Shown here: positions 51,829-60,909 of the stretch, one piece after another | How the letters are laid out: every line of letters begins with the position of its first letter | Position numbering within the stretch: position 1 is the first letter of the stretch | DNA from: Nitrosopumilus sp. | GTDB lineage: Archaea; Thermoproteota; Nitrososphaeria; Nitrososphaerales; Nitrosopumilaceae | Assembly: GCA_965205675.1 (NCBI GenBank) | Contig: OZ242186.1 | Coordinates: 640,001 to 704,000 of the forward strand | Direction of reading: 5' to 3' | DNA: 64,000 nucleotides | Notes under the pieces: model-generated | What the model saw: the letters and a program-made list of their open reading frames with translations, nothing else | What the model was told of the DNA's origin: nothing | Database searches by the model: none | Made by a program: the position numbers and the translations under genes

Positions 51829-52519
51829 TGATGTGGAACAAGAGCTTGGAGCCATGCAGCTATCTGACTCTTTTTTTCCTATCGGTATTTTTACAACATC
51901 AAACGGAGTAGAGCTTCTTTTTACAGAAAAAAAGATTCAAGGAGTGTCTGACTTGATAAATTTGATTAGAGTTAACATTATTCAACAGATTGCTCCTACA
52001 GACTGCGTAATACTTGCAAATGCTTTTGAGGATGCCAAGAGCGGTGACCTTGATAAAGTAATTGAAATAGATAGTATTGGGTTTGCCACAAAATCTATAA
52101 AAGAGATACGCGATGCATCTGTAAGATCAGGCATTCAGTTAATCCGATGTGTATCAGAGTTTGTGCAGGATAATGAAATTCTAAACCAATACAAAAATAA
52201 ATTATCCGAAAAAAAAACACATGGTATATTTCCTGTTGCATTTGCCATCTGCTGTAATGCATTAAATATTAAAAAAGAAAAAAGCATGATGATGATGCTA
52301 TATGGTTTTACTGTGGGTATGGTCAGTGCTGCATTAAGACTGGGATTGATACAGCACTTTGAGGCTCAAAAAATTATTCATAGTACAAAACCTGTTATCA
52401 GTCAGAGTATCAAAGAGTGTTCAAACAAGTCCATTTTAGAGATATGGCAGTTTACCCCTCAAATGGACATAACTCAAATGTCTCATGAAAAAATGGATTC
52501 TAAAATGTTTATTACATGA
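51818..52519 (+). CDS. ureF: Urease accessory protein UreF
   Basis: QLSDSFFP.G.F..S.G.E, S...G.QL, AALRL......AQ, HE...SKMFIT; start overlaps the ureE stop. Confidence 0.92.
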   Translation: MNIDDVEQELGAMQLSDSFFPIGIFTTSNGVELLFTEKKIQGVSDLINLIRVNIIQQIAPTDCVILANAFEDAKSGDLDKVIEIDSIGFATKSIKEIRDASVRSGIQLIRCVSEFVQDNEILNQYKNKLSEKKTHGIFPVAFAICCNALNIKKEKSMMMMLYGFTVGMVSAALRLGLIQHFEAQKIIHSTKPVISQSIKECSNKSILEIWQFTPQMDITQMSHEKMDSKMFIT

Positions 52520-52536
52520 ATTTTGGTTTTTTCATT

Positions 52537-52578
52537 ATGAATCATATGCCAAAAATTGGAAATGTTGCAATTGGATGA
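52537..52578 (+). pseudogene. Possible ureG 5' stub
   Basis: ATG 17 nt after ureF encoding MNHMPKIG..., similar to UreG starts, but it stops before any GxVGSGKT loop. Confidence 0.35.
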
Positions 52579-52836
52579 TTCATTAGAATCATATCCTCTG
52601 GAAAAATATTTGTAGAAATTGATGAGGCATTTTGCGAACAATGTCTCTAGTTGTCTTTATATTTTTTATTGGATGATTATTTCTTTGCTTGTTTTATGAT
52701 AAAGTTTCAAATGGAATAATCTACTAGTCTTTACATCAATTATACTTTTGATATAATCTACAAAAATAAGCTAATTTTTTCATATTCTTTTAAAATATTT
52801 GATTTCACTTTTAGAACTGTTTCCTATCATAAAATT

Positions 52837-53056
52837 TCATTTTACAACCACAAGATTGAAATCTTAGATTCATGCACTACGGAATTTACAACACTGCCAA
52901 GTAATTTCCATCTCATGCCGCCAAGTCCTTTTGAACCAATAATGATCATTGTTACACATGTAATTTTTACGTTATATGGTATGGCAAGTGAAGTTGCAGT
53001 ATCTGGTCTTTTTCTGATGTACCTGAAATATCTAATGCAACCAAAATATTTTTCAT
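52837..53056 (-). pseudogene. Universal stress protein (UspA) relic with internal deletion
   Basis: MKNILVALDISGTS...ITCV joined to MIIIGSKGLGG....LGSV...VVH.SKISIL. Confidence 0.7.
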
Positions 53057-53090
53057 TTTTATCTTCTAGTTAATTAAATTGTTTCTATAA

Positions 53091-53105
53091 TTCAGGTAAA
53101 GTACG
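53091..53105 (-). promoter_or_regulatory. Third copy of the shared operator core, upstream of the uspA relic
   Basis: ttcaggtaaagtacg, 14/15 identical to the SSS-promoter core. Confidence 0.55.
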
Positions 53106-53116
53106 AATTTATTTTT

Positions 53117-53875
53117 TTATAAAAATGTAATTAATTTAGCATTTAATAAAACTGTAAATATAATATTTAATCCGATAATAAAACTAATACCTGATACAAT
53201 ATATTTCAAATATTTTGTAGTTTGTTTGATTTTAGATACTAGTGCAAATGGTACGCCAATTATTCCACTAATGGTTATCATTCCAAAAGTACTTCCGATA
53301 CCAAATAAAATTAAAAAATAAAGCATTGTTTCAAAATTAATCATTGTGGAAGCAGTTAATGCTACAAAACTACCGCTTCCTGCAATGCCGTGAATACAAC
53401 CTATCCAGAATGTTTTGTGACTATGATCTTGACTATGATCTTCTTCATGATTGTGAAAATGTGTGTGTGAAATTCCATTTGAATGATTATGTGGATGAAT
53501 ATGCTTTTGTTTGAAAATCTTTTTGTTAGAAACTGTTAAAATCCCTAAAACAATTAACATGAATCCCACAATTAATTCTGCACCTAGAAAAAAATCACTA
53601 TGTATATTTAATGACAAACTTGCAATTACTAATCCAACTAATATGATACTTGACGTATGTCCAATTCCCCATACTGCCCCTCTCAATGAAGAAATCACAC
53701 TCAATTGTTTTAATGCTAATTTTTTTGAATTATTTCTATTCTTAATTAATAGTTGGGTTGAAACTGCACTGATATGGTCCGGTTCAAAGGCATGAATTAA
53801 TCCAATCATTAAACCTGCCATAATTACCAAAAAAGGATTGTTTAGTTGTAGTACTTCAATCAAGTTATCAATCAT
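53117..53875 (-). CDS. UreH/HoxN-like high-affinity nickel permease
   Basis: HAFEPDH, WG.GHT, His-rich loop (HIHPHNH...HTHFHNH), G.IHG.AGS. Confidence 0.9.
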   Translation of the reverse strand: MIDNLIEVLQLNNPFLVIMAGLMIGLIHAFEPDHISAVSTQLLIKNRNNSKKLALKQLSVISSLRGAVWGIGHTSSIILVGLVIASLSLNIHSDFFLGAELIVGFMLIVLGILTVSNKKIFKQKHIHPHNHSNGISHTHFHNHEEDHSQDHSHKTFWIGCIHGIAGSGSFVALTASTMINFETMLYFLILFGIGSTFGMITISGIIGVPFALVSKIKQTTKYLKYIVSGISFIIGLNIIFTVLLNAKLITFL

Positions 53876-53958
53876 TTGTTTAACCTTTATCCAAACAATA
53901 GATTTTCATAAAATAATGATATCTCACCATGTTCTTTATCTGCAAACATTTTTTCCCA

Positions 53959-55074
53959 TCAATCTCTTTTTGGAATCTTAGCTTGTGGGTTTCCAAAATT
54001 ATATGTATTTCCAGTACCCTTGTAGTCTTTTGGTCTTACAGGGTCTCCTCCATCTAGCCCTCTTTTTGTTAATGACAATCCTGCTAGCAATTCAACTACT
54101 AATCTTTGACCTAATCCTGAGGTAATGCCTCCATTGTAGGAGCTATTATCACTAACATCATAAGCAGGAGCAATCTCTACTAAATCCATTGCAAATCTAT
54201 CTGGATCAAATGATTTGGATAATTGACGTATCATTCTAATTCCTTCTCTTGATGTAAGTCCGTTTGGTTCTGGTTCTCCAGTTCCAGGTGCATAAGAGGG
54301 ATCAAAAGAATCAATATCCCAACTAAGATAAACTGCATCTGTTCCATCATTGGCTCTATCAGCTATTTCTTTTGCAATATAATCAATTCCTAATTCTTCT
54401 ACATCCAACATTGTAAACCACTGGAAATCTTGATCAGACATCCATTTGTACAAATCCCGTCCTGGCCAATATCCTCTTGGACCGACTAGGGAATAATTTT
54501 TCCCCTTTAGACATCCCATCTCCATTATTCTTCTAATATGTGCCCCGTGATCATACTTGAATCCAGTTAATCCCTGTGGCGCACAATCAGCATGAGTATC
54601 AAAATGAATCATGCCTATATTTTTAAATTTCTTCTGAAAAGCTCTGACATTTGCATATGTTATAGAGTGATCTCCTCCAAGCATTACTGGAATTCCATCT
54701 GCCTCTAAAACTTCTTTGACCTTTAGGGTCATACTTTTGTGAGATCCAATTACATCTCCTGGTGAGACAACTACGTCTCCATAATCCACTGTTCGAAAAG
54801 TACCAAATGGATCAGCACCAGTTTCAATATTAAATCTCTCAAAAGGGGGAGATGGAATGGTAGAAGCCGCTCTAATTGCTCGTGGACCATATCTTGCTCC
54901 GGGGCGGATAGTGGTACCAAAATCAAATGGCTCTCCAATAATTGCAACATCTGGTTTTGCTTTTAGTAATTCTTTATGGTCTTTAATCCATGGCAAATGT
55001 AAAAATGTATTAATTCCTACAAATGGCGCAACATCTGGACCTTGAAAATCCTCACCATAAAATTCTGCACCCAT
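53959..55074 (-). CDS. Ureohydrolase (agmatinase/guanidino-acid hydrolase superfamily)
   Basis: RPGARYGP.AIR, GGDHS, DTHAD, DID..DP..APGTGEPEP.G, DLVE.AP.YD. Confidence 0.93.
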   Translation of the reverse strand: MGAEFYGEDFQGPDVAPFVGINTFLHLPWIKDHKELLKAKPDVAIIGEPFDFGTTIRPGARYGPRAIRAASTIPSPPFERFNIETGADPFGTFRTVDYGDVVVSPGDVIGSHKSMTLKVKEVLEADGIPVMLGGDHSITYANVRAFQKKFKNIGMIHFDTHADCAPQGLTGFKYDHGAHIRRIMEMGCLKGKNYSLVGPRGYWPGRDLYKWMSDQDFQWFTMLDVEELGIDYIAKEIADRANDGTDAVYLSWDIDSFDPSYAPGTGEPEPNGLTSREGIRMIRQLSKSFDPDRFAMDLVEIAPAYDVSDNSSYNGGITSGLGQRLVVELLAGLSLTKRGLDGGDPVRPKDYKGTGNTYNFGNPQAKIPKRD

Positions 55075-55098
55075 AACAATCAGTTTTAATTACTAATT

Positions 55099-55128
55099 TT
55101 AATTATTAAATATTTCAAGTAATATACG
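55099..55128 (-). promoter_or_regulatory. Shared operator/promoter element upstream of the ureohydrolase
   Basis: ttaattattaaatatttcaagtaatatacg, 26/30 identical to 49114..49143. Confidence 0.7.
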
Positions 55129-55232
55129 AATATTTTCTTTTAAAATATGCTCATAGTCACTCTATTTAAAATAAAATTATAGTAATATACAACTCAATTA
55201 AAGTATAAAAATTATATTGCCTGTAATGTTAT

Positions 55233-56471
55233 ATGTTATTAAAAAAATCAAAAAACGCTTGGTATTTTTTAAATCAGGGATTAATTGCCGTTCATTATAA
55301 TCAATTTAAAAAAGCAATTTCTTATTTTGATAAAGCTATTTTATTGGAACCTAAAAATATGGTTTTACAACTTCATAAAGGTCTTACCTTACATAAAATT
55401 AAAAATTTTCGAGATGCAATAGTTTGCTATGATGATATACTCTGCAATGATCCAAAAAATTTAGATGCTTTGTATAACAAGGGAATTGCATTTGAAGCTA
55501 TGGGGCAACCCCATGATGCAATTGATTGTTTTAAAAAATCCTTTGCGATTGACTCTACATTTTCTAATTCATTAATTTCATTAGGAATATGTTTTAGTAA
55601 ACTGGGTGATCATGAAAAAGCACTTGAACTGACAGACGATGCTCTTTCTAATAATCCAAATAATGCCGAAGCCCTTTATAATAAAAGCTTGATTTTGGGT
55701 AGATTGCACCGTAATTCCGAGTCATTGATATTTTTTAATAAGGCAATTGATGAGGACGCTTATCAATCTAATATCCTATTTGAAAAAGGACAGAAACTAA
55801 CAAAAGAAAAAAAACATGAAGAAGCAATAAGATACTATACTAGATCTTTGGAAGTAGATAAAAAAAATACAAAAGCATTGGTTGCTAAAGGGTGGATCCT
55901 TGATTTTGCAGGATTTTCTAACAAAGATATTTTTGCTTTTTATGATGAGGCCATTAAAATTGATCCAAAGTGTACTGATGCATTATTTAATAAAGGAATA
56001 GTGCTAAATAAAACTGGATTACACAAAAAAGCTATAGTTTGTTTTGATAAAATTTTAGAATATGATCCTGAAAATATTAGAGCTCTTTATAGTAAAGGCG
56101 TGGCCTACATGTCATTGAAAAATATTGGCAAGGCAAAATCTTATTGTGAATTTGCACTAAATATTGAACCCGATAATGTTGTTGCCTTGTGTACCATGGT
56201 TTGGTGTCTGGAACATTCCAAGAAATATAACGAAGCGCTTGTCTACTGTGATAGGGCACTTAAAATTGAGCCAAACTATGTTTATGCCATAAGTTACAAA
56301 GCTAAATTATTTCTATTATTAAAAAACTATAAAGAATCACTTAGTTGGTATGATAAAGCATTAAAAATTGAACCTAATAACCAACCAGCGATTTTTCATA
56401 GATATAAAGTTGTAGCAGAATTAGATAAAAGAAACAAAGAATCTTTTTTTAAAAAAATTATGAAATTATAA
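55233..56471 (+). CDS. Tetratricopeptide repeat protein (about 11 repeats)
   Basis: Repeated AL.NKG..L......A...FD.A....P units. Confidence 0.9.
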   Translation: MLLKKSKNAWYFLNQGLIAVHYNQFKKAISYFDKAILLEPKNMVLQLHKGLTLHKIKNFRDAIVCYDDILCNDPKNLDALYNKGIAFEAMGQPHDAIDCFKKSFAIDSTFSNSLISLGICFSKLGDHEKALELTDDALSNNPNNAEALYNKSLILGRLHRNSESLIFFNKAIDEDAYQSNILFEKGQKLTKEKKHEEAIRYYTRSLEVDKKNTKALVAKGWILDFAGFSNKDIFAFYDEAIKIDPKCTDALFNKGIVLNKTGLHKKAIVCFDKILEYDPENIRALYSKGVAYMSLKNIGKAKSYCEFALNIEPDNVVALCTMVWCLEHSKKYNEALVYCDRALKIEPNYVYAISYKAKLFLLLKNYKESLSWYDKALKIEPNNQPAIFHRYKVVAELDKRNKESFFKKIMKL

Positions 56472-56473
56472 TC

Positions 56474-56845
56474 CAGTACTTGGGAAAGTAATCCAATTTA
56501 GATCATAAACTAACCATTATTTCATCAGTTAAACAACAAATTTGGATAGAACAATCTTGAAGGAGATGTGCTTCTCCATCAAATGTGAATCATAGCAATC
56601 TTGATTTTGCACACATTAGAAATTCAACAATTCAAGCATTTGCAAATATTGCTAAAATAATGTGCACAACGTTGTTGTTTTCATACCGAAAAACAACGCA
56701 CTATACAATTCAGAGGACATTCCTCATTTTATCATGGAATGTTGCCTTGGTGACTGTTATTCTGAATCAACTACAAAGAAATTGAAGATAAGGACTGAAT
56801 GTGTTATTCCATCAGGCTCTTGGATTAGAAAGCAGATCGTAAAAA
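56474..56845 (+). mobile_element. Truncated left part of a diverged ISH3/IS4-like element
   Basis: Begins CAGTACTTGGGAAAGTAATCCAATTTAGATC, matching the left end at 56910; carries a homologous transposase N-terminus (CLGDCYSES...PSGSWIRK). Confidence 0.7.
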
Positions 56846-56909
56846 TATACCTCCTAACATAAGTTCGTCAACCATCTTCTCATTGCATATACTTGAGAAT
56901 GTCTAAATT
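56846..56909 (-). mobile_element. Right-end fragment of another IS630-like element
   Basis: TATACCTCCTAACATAAGTTCGTCAAC resembles the IS630 ends at 61242 and 62533; minus strand encodes NLDILKY. Confidence 0.5.
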
Positions 56910-58228
56910 CAGTAGATGGGAAAGTAACTCAATTTAGATCAAAAACTATCAATCACTCAATCAATCTATTCAGATAGAAAAAGCTTGATGGAAGTATGTC
57001 ACTCCATCAAATATGCATTGTACTTCATTTGATACCATGACACACCAAGGCGTGATACTATCTAAAGCATTTGAGATTATCACTAAAATAATGTACAATA
57101 TCTTGTTGTTTCCATGCTCTAGTAAAAATAACTCACGGTTCCACAATGCAGATGCACATAATTCTGTCATGTCATTGTGTTTGGGAAATTCATATTCTGA
57201 ATCTGGATTAAAGAGACTGGCGATGGAATCAGATAATGCTTCTCCAACTGGTTTCATGGTTGAGAAAAATCATATCAAAAATATCACAAAAAACAATGCA
57301 AATTCAATTACATCGTTCACTGGATAGTACAGTATCAAAATTACAAGAACTGGGAGTATTGGAACAACCAGTTACTGTAGCAATTGACAAACATCTAATC
57401 CCAAGATATGACAAATTGCCAAACCATTCTTTAATAAAATCAAAATCTAAAAACAGTACTACTCATTTTGAGAGTTACTGCACCATGCAGTGCGTTGAAA
57501 AAAGAATCAGGGCTCAATTAGGTTGTTATCCTTTGTATGACAACAAATCAAATGCCGATTTTGTGCGTAAATTACTCTCTGATGGCATCAATAATGGAAT
57601 CAAGATTAAACTATTGCTAGTGGATAGGGAGTTTTTCACAGCTGGAACAATTTCAGAAATAAAACAAAAGAATCTGAAATTTCTAATGCCTGCATAAAAG
57701 AATTCTCGAATCAAAGATGCAATTGTACAATACGTTAATGGAGATAGAAAGTCAATCTCGCCATACACAATAAAATCATCATCAGGACATGTAGAATCAT
57801 TTACTCTAGTTATTCTGCCAAACAAAAATGCAAGAAAAAAATCAGATATTATTGATCAGTATGTTGTGTTTGCAACAAATATTTCACCAAAAGAAATATC
57901 ATATAACATACAAAACATTCCAACTGACTACAAGAAACGTTGGGGATTGAAACAGGCTATGCATGTGTGGGAAGGTTCAGACCAAAAACCACCAGTTCAA
58001 ACCAATCCATAAGATTGTTGTATTTTTACTATTCATTGATTTTGTACAATGCATGGATAATTGCTAATTTGATTATCTCAGAAGAAACTAATGTAAAAAA
58101 TCACAAACCAATAATATCAATTGAAATTCTCAAATATTTCTTTGTAAAGATAATTATTCATTATTTTAGAAATAACAAAAATAATTATTTTCTAGAATGT
58201 GTAACTTGAGTTACTTTCCCATCTACTG
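56910..58228 (+). mobile_element. ISH3-family (IS4 superfamily) element with disrupted transposase
   Basis: Perfect 23-bp TIR CAGTAGATGGGAAAGTAACTCAA (56910-56932 / 58206-58228); VAID, LLVDREFF, Y..RW.IETGY motifs; frameshifts and a TAA at 57695; no matching target duplication. Confidence 0.88.
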
Positions 58229-58253
58229 ACACTACAGATCTTTTCACTGATTA

Positions 58254-59002
58254 ATTTCAATCCTATAATAGTTCGATTCAAACCAAAATCTCAGATGGTA
58301 ATGTTGCAGTGATCGCACTATTTCAATCCTATAATAATTCGATTCAAACATTAATAATTTCTGATATTCATTTGAATCATACAAAATTTCAATCCTATAA
58401 TAGTTCGATTCAAACTTGTGCCGAAACTACTAAACTTCTTATCAATTAAGAATTTCAATCCTATAATAGTTCGATTCAAACATGCAAATTGCGTTAACAC
58501 TCGTAATTATCGGATCATTTCAATCCTATAATAGTTCGATTCAAACGAAATAATCATGCGAAAAATCATAATGTCTGATGAATTTCAATCCTATAATAGT
58601 TCGATTCAAACTGGCAGTTCCTCATCATCCACTATTTCACCGTTTATTTCAATCCTATAATAGTTCGATTCAAACATATATAAAAGAACAACACAAGGTA
58701 CTGGTGATGAATTTCAATCCTATAATAGTTCGATTCAAACTCGCTGTAGTTGCTGTCTTACGTCAAATGCAGTTAATATTTCAATCCTATAATAGTTCGA
58801 TTCAAACTGGGCAGATTTAGTCAAGGCGGTAAATTCTATGAATTTCAATCCTATAATAGTTCGATTCAAACTTTCTGCAGTAGATGTATGATTTTTTTGG
58901 CACATAATTTCAATCCTATAATAGTTCGATTCAAACGCAATAGGGTATGATCATGGCACAATATCAAGAACAATTTCAATCCTATAATAGTTCGATTCAA
59001 AC
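58254..59002 (-). CRISPR. CRISPR array: 12 x 30-bp repeats, 11 spacers of 34-37 bp
   Basis: Repeat (minus strand) GTTTGAATCGAACTATTATAGGATTGAAAT; copies start at 58254, 58320 (one SNP), 58386, 58452, 58517, 58582, 58646, 58711, 58778, 58842, 58907, 58973; the ATTGAAAN 3' handle implies minus-strand transcription. Confidence 0.98.
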
Positions 59003-59157
59003 CCGCCAAATTTATGCCTAAATCAAGATATCAAACGTTTGTATTTTTATCTACCTATGATCGTGCTGATTCCTTATAAGGTCAGCAAAGACATCATTGC
59101 ATCTGTTATCATTTTAGAATAGTTTAAGATAAAAACCGTTCTGTTTGAGTAACAATA
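59003..59157 (-). promoter_or_regulatory. CRISPR leader, shared divergently with the cas4 upstream region
   Basis: AT-rich non-coding region at the inferred 5' end of the array. Confidence 0.7.
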
Positions 59158-59649
59158 TTGAATGACACAACTGAATTGACGGGCACTCAGTTTAACTACT
59201 ATTTTGTGTGTAAAAGAAAACTATGGCTTCACTCCCGCAATATTTCCTTTGAATCAAGCTCAGAGATTGTAAAACTTGGGAGCCTCATACATAAGGACTC
59301 TTACAAAAGAAAGAAAAAAGAGATACGCATAGGCAGCATATCTATTGACTATATTGACAAGGGAAAGATACACGAAGTAAAAAAATCAGACAAGATGCAT
59401 GATGCACACACATATCAATTACTGTATTATATTCACTATCTGAGAAAGCTCGGCATTGATACAACTGGAGTACTGGACTATCCAAAACTCAAAAAGACAG
59501 TAAAGGTAACACTCACAAAACAAAAGCAGGATTTTATACATGAAACAATAAACCATGCATTGGAAATAATCTCTGCAAAAAAACCACTTGCTGCAGAATA
59601 CAAGCCAATATGTGACAAATGCGCATATGCAGAATACTGTTGGTCATGA
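59158..59649 (+). CDS. cas4: CRISPR-associated Cas4
   Basis: YYFVC.RKLW, G..IH..SY, EVKKS, QL.YY, C.KCAY.E.C. Confidence 0.95.
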   Translation: MNDTTELTGTQFNYYFVCKRKLWLHSRNISFESSSEIVKLGSLIHKDSYKRKKKEIRIGSISIDYIDKGKIHEVKKSDKMHDAHTYQLLYYIHYLRKLGIDTTGVLDYPKLKKTVKVTLTKQKQDFIHETINHALEIISAKKPLAAEYKPICDKCAYAEYCWS

Positions 59650-60632
59650 AGGATTACTATATTTTTAGTGGTGGCAGAGTATCACGATCACAAAATACTA
59701 TCCAAATACTATCAAAAGACAATACAAAAAAATCAATTCCTGTGATGGATGTCAGCGCTTTGCACATATTTGGTCAGTGTGACTTTAACTCTGCACTGAT
59801 ATCATTCTTAAACACAAAAGGAATTACAGTACATTTTTACAATTATTATGGAAACTATGCCGGAAGCTATTATCCGCGTGAGAAACTTCTCTCAGGACTG
59901 GTTACAGTAAAGCAAGTGCAACATTATCTGGATAATCAAAAAAGACTATATCTTGCATCTGAATTCATCACATCAGCGACGCATAACATGCTTGCAAACC
60001 TGCGTTACTACAAATCAAAGAAAAAGGATGTGGTTGAGCATATGAATAAAATTCAGATTCTGCAGCAGCAAATACCGAGATACAAAAAAATTGAAGAGTT
60101 GATGGGAATCGAGGGAAATTGCCGAAATATTTACTATGACTCATTTGATAATTTTCTAAGGGATGGTTTTGAGATGGAAAAAAGATCAAGGATGCCTCCC
60201 AAAAATATGCTGAATTCTCTGATATCATTTGGCAATGGAATGATGTATAGCGATGTTCTCACTGAAATTTATCAATCACAGTTAAACACCACTGTAAGCT
60301 ATCTGCATGAACCAGGATACAGGCGCCATTCTCTCTCTTTGGATATCGCAGAAATATTCAAGCCAGTAGTTGTGGATAAGACCATCTTTAAGATGATAAA
60401 TAGTAAAATGATAAATGAAAAAAACTTTGATGACTCCCTAAATGGTTGCTATTTGGCAGAATCGGGAAGAAAGTCCTTTGTATCAGAGTACAATGAAAAG
60501 ATGGAAAGTACAATCTATGTATCTTCATTAAAGCGAAATGTAAGCTACAGGAGACTGATAAGGCTAGAATGTCACAAGATAGTAAAGCATATCGTAGAGG
60601 GTATACGGTATGAGGGATTCAGGCAAAAGTAA
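59646..60632 (+). CDS. cas1: CRISPR-associated Cas1 (type I-B-like)
   Basis: Start MKDYYIFS.G at 59646; HFYNYYG.Y.GS.YPRE, LMGIEG, PP.N..NSLISFGN, YLHEP..RR.SL.LDIAEIFKP. Confidence 0.95.
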   Translation: MKDYYIFSGGRVSRSQNTIQILSKDNTKKSIPVMDVSALHIFGQCDFNSALISFLNTKGITVHFYNYYGNYAGSYYPREKLLSGLVTVKQVQHYLDNQKRLYLASEFITSATHNMLANLRYYKSKKKDVVEHMNKIQILQQQIPRYKKIEELMGIEGNCRNIYYDSFDNFLRDGFEMEKRSRMPPKNMLNSLISFGNGMMYSDVLTEIYQSQLNTTVSYLHEPGYRRHSLSLDIAEIFKPVVVDKTIFKMINSKMINEKNFDDSLNGCYLAESGRKSFVSEYNEKMESTIYVSSLKRNVSYRRLIRLECHKIVKHIVEGIRYEGFRQK

Positions 60633-60895
60633 TGTATGCCATATTGGTGTATGATATTTCCATAGATCGCATAGATGCTGTGCGAGTCACGACAAAGCAA
60701 TATCTCAACTGGATTCAAAACTCGGTGTTTGAAGGAGAGATAACAATGTCTGGACTTGCAGAACTAAAATCCAAAATATTTAGACTGATTGATGTGTCTA
60801 AAGATTCGGTGCTTATCTTTACTGTGAACAATCCAAAATGGATAGAGAAGACAATCATTGGAATCGATAAGAACGACACAGGCAACATCATCTAA
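60632..60895 (+). CDS. cas2: CRISPR-associated Cas2
   Basis: ILVYDI, YL.WIQNSVFEG, DSV.IF. Confidence 0.95.
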   Translation: MYAILVYDISIDRIDAVRVTTKQYLNWIQNSVFEGEITMSGLAELKSKIFRLIDVSKDSVLIFTVNNPKWIEKTIIGIDKNDTGNII

Positions 60896-60909
60896 ATTTT
60901 GATTTGCCT

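Noticed and set aside
53959-55200. Calling the ureohydrolase GdmH or looking for a guanidine riboswitch
   Set aside because: It lacks the GdmH-type PGTGWP and HTCP signatures, and the upstream DNA is AT-rich with the promoter next to the start, leaving no room for a riboswitch.
58578-58820. 80-aa ORF in the CRISPR array
   Set aside because: Read-through of repeats and spacers.
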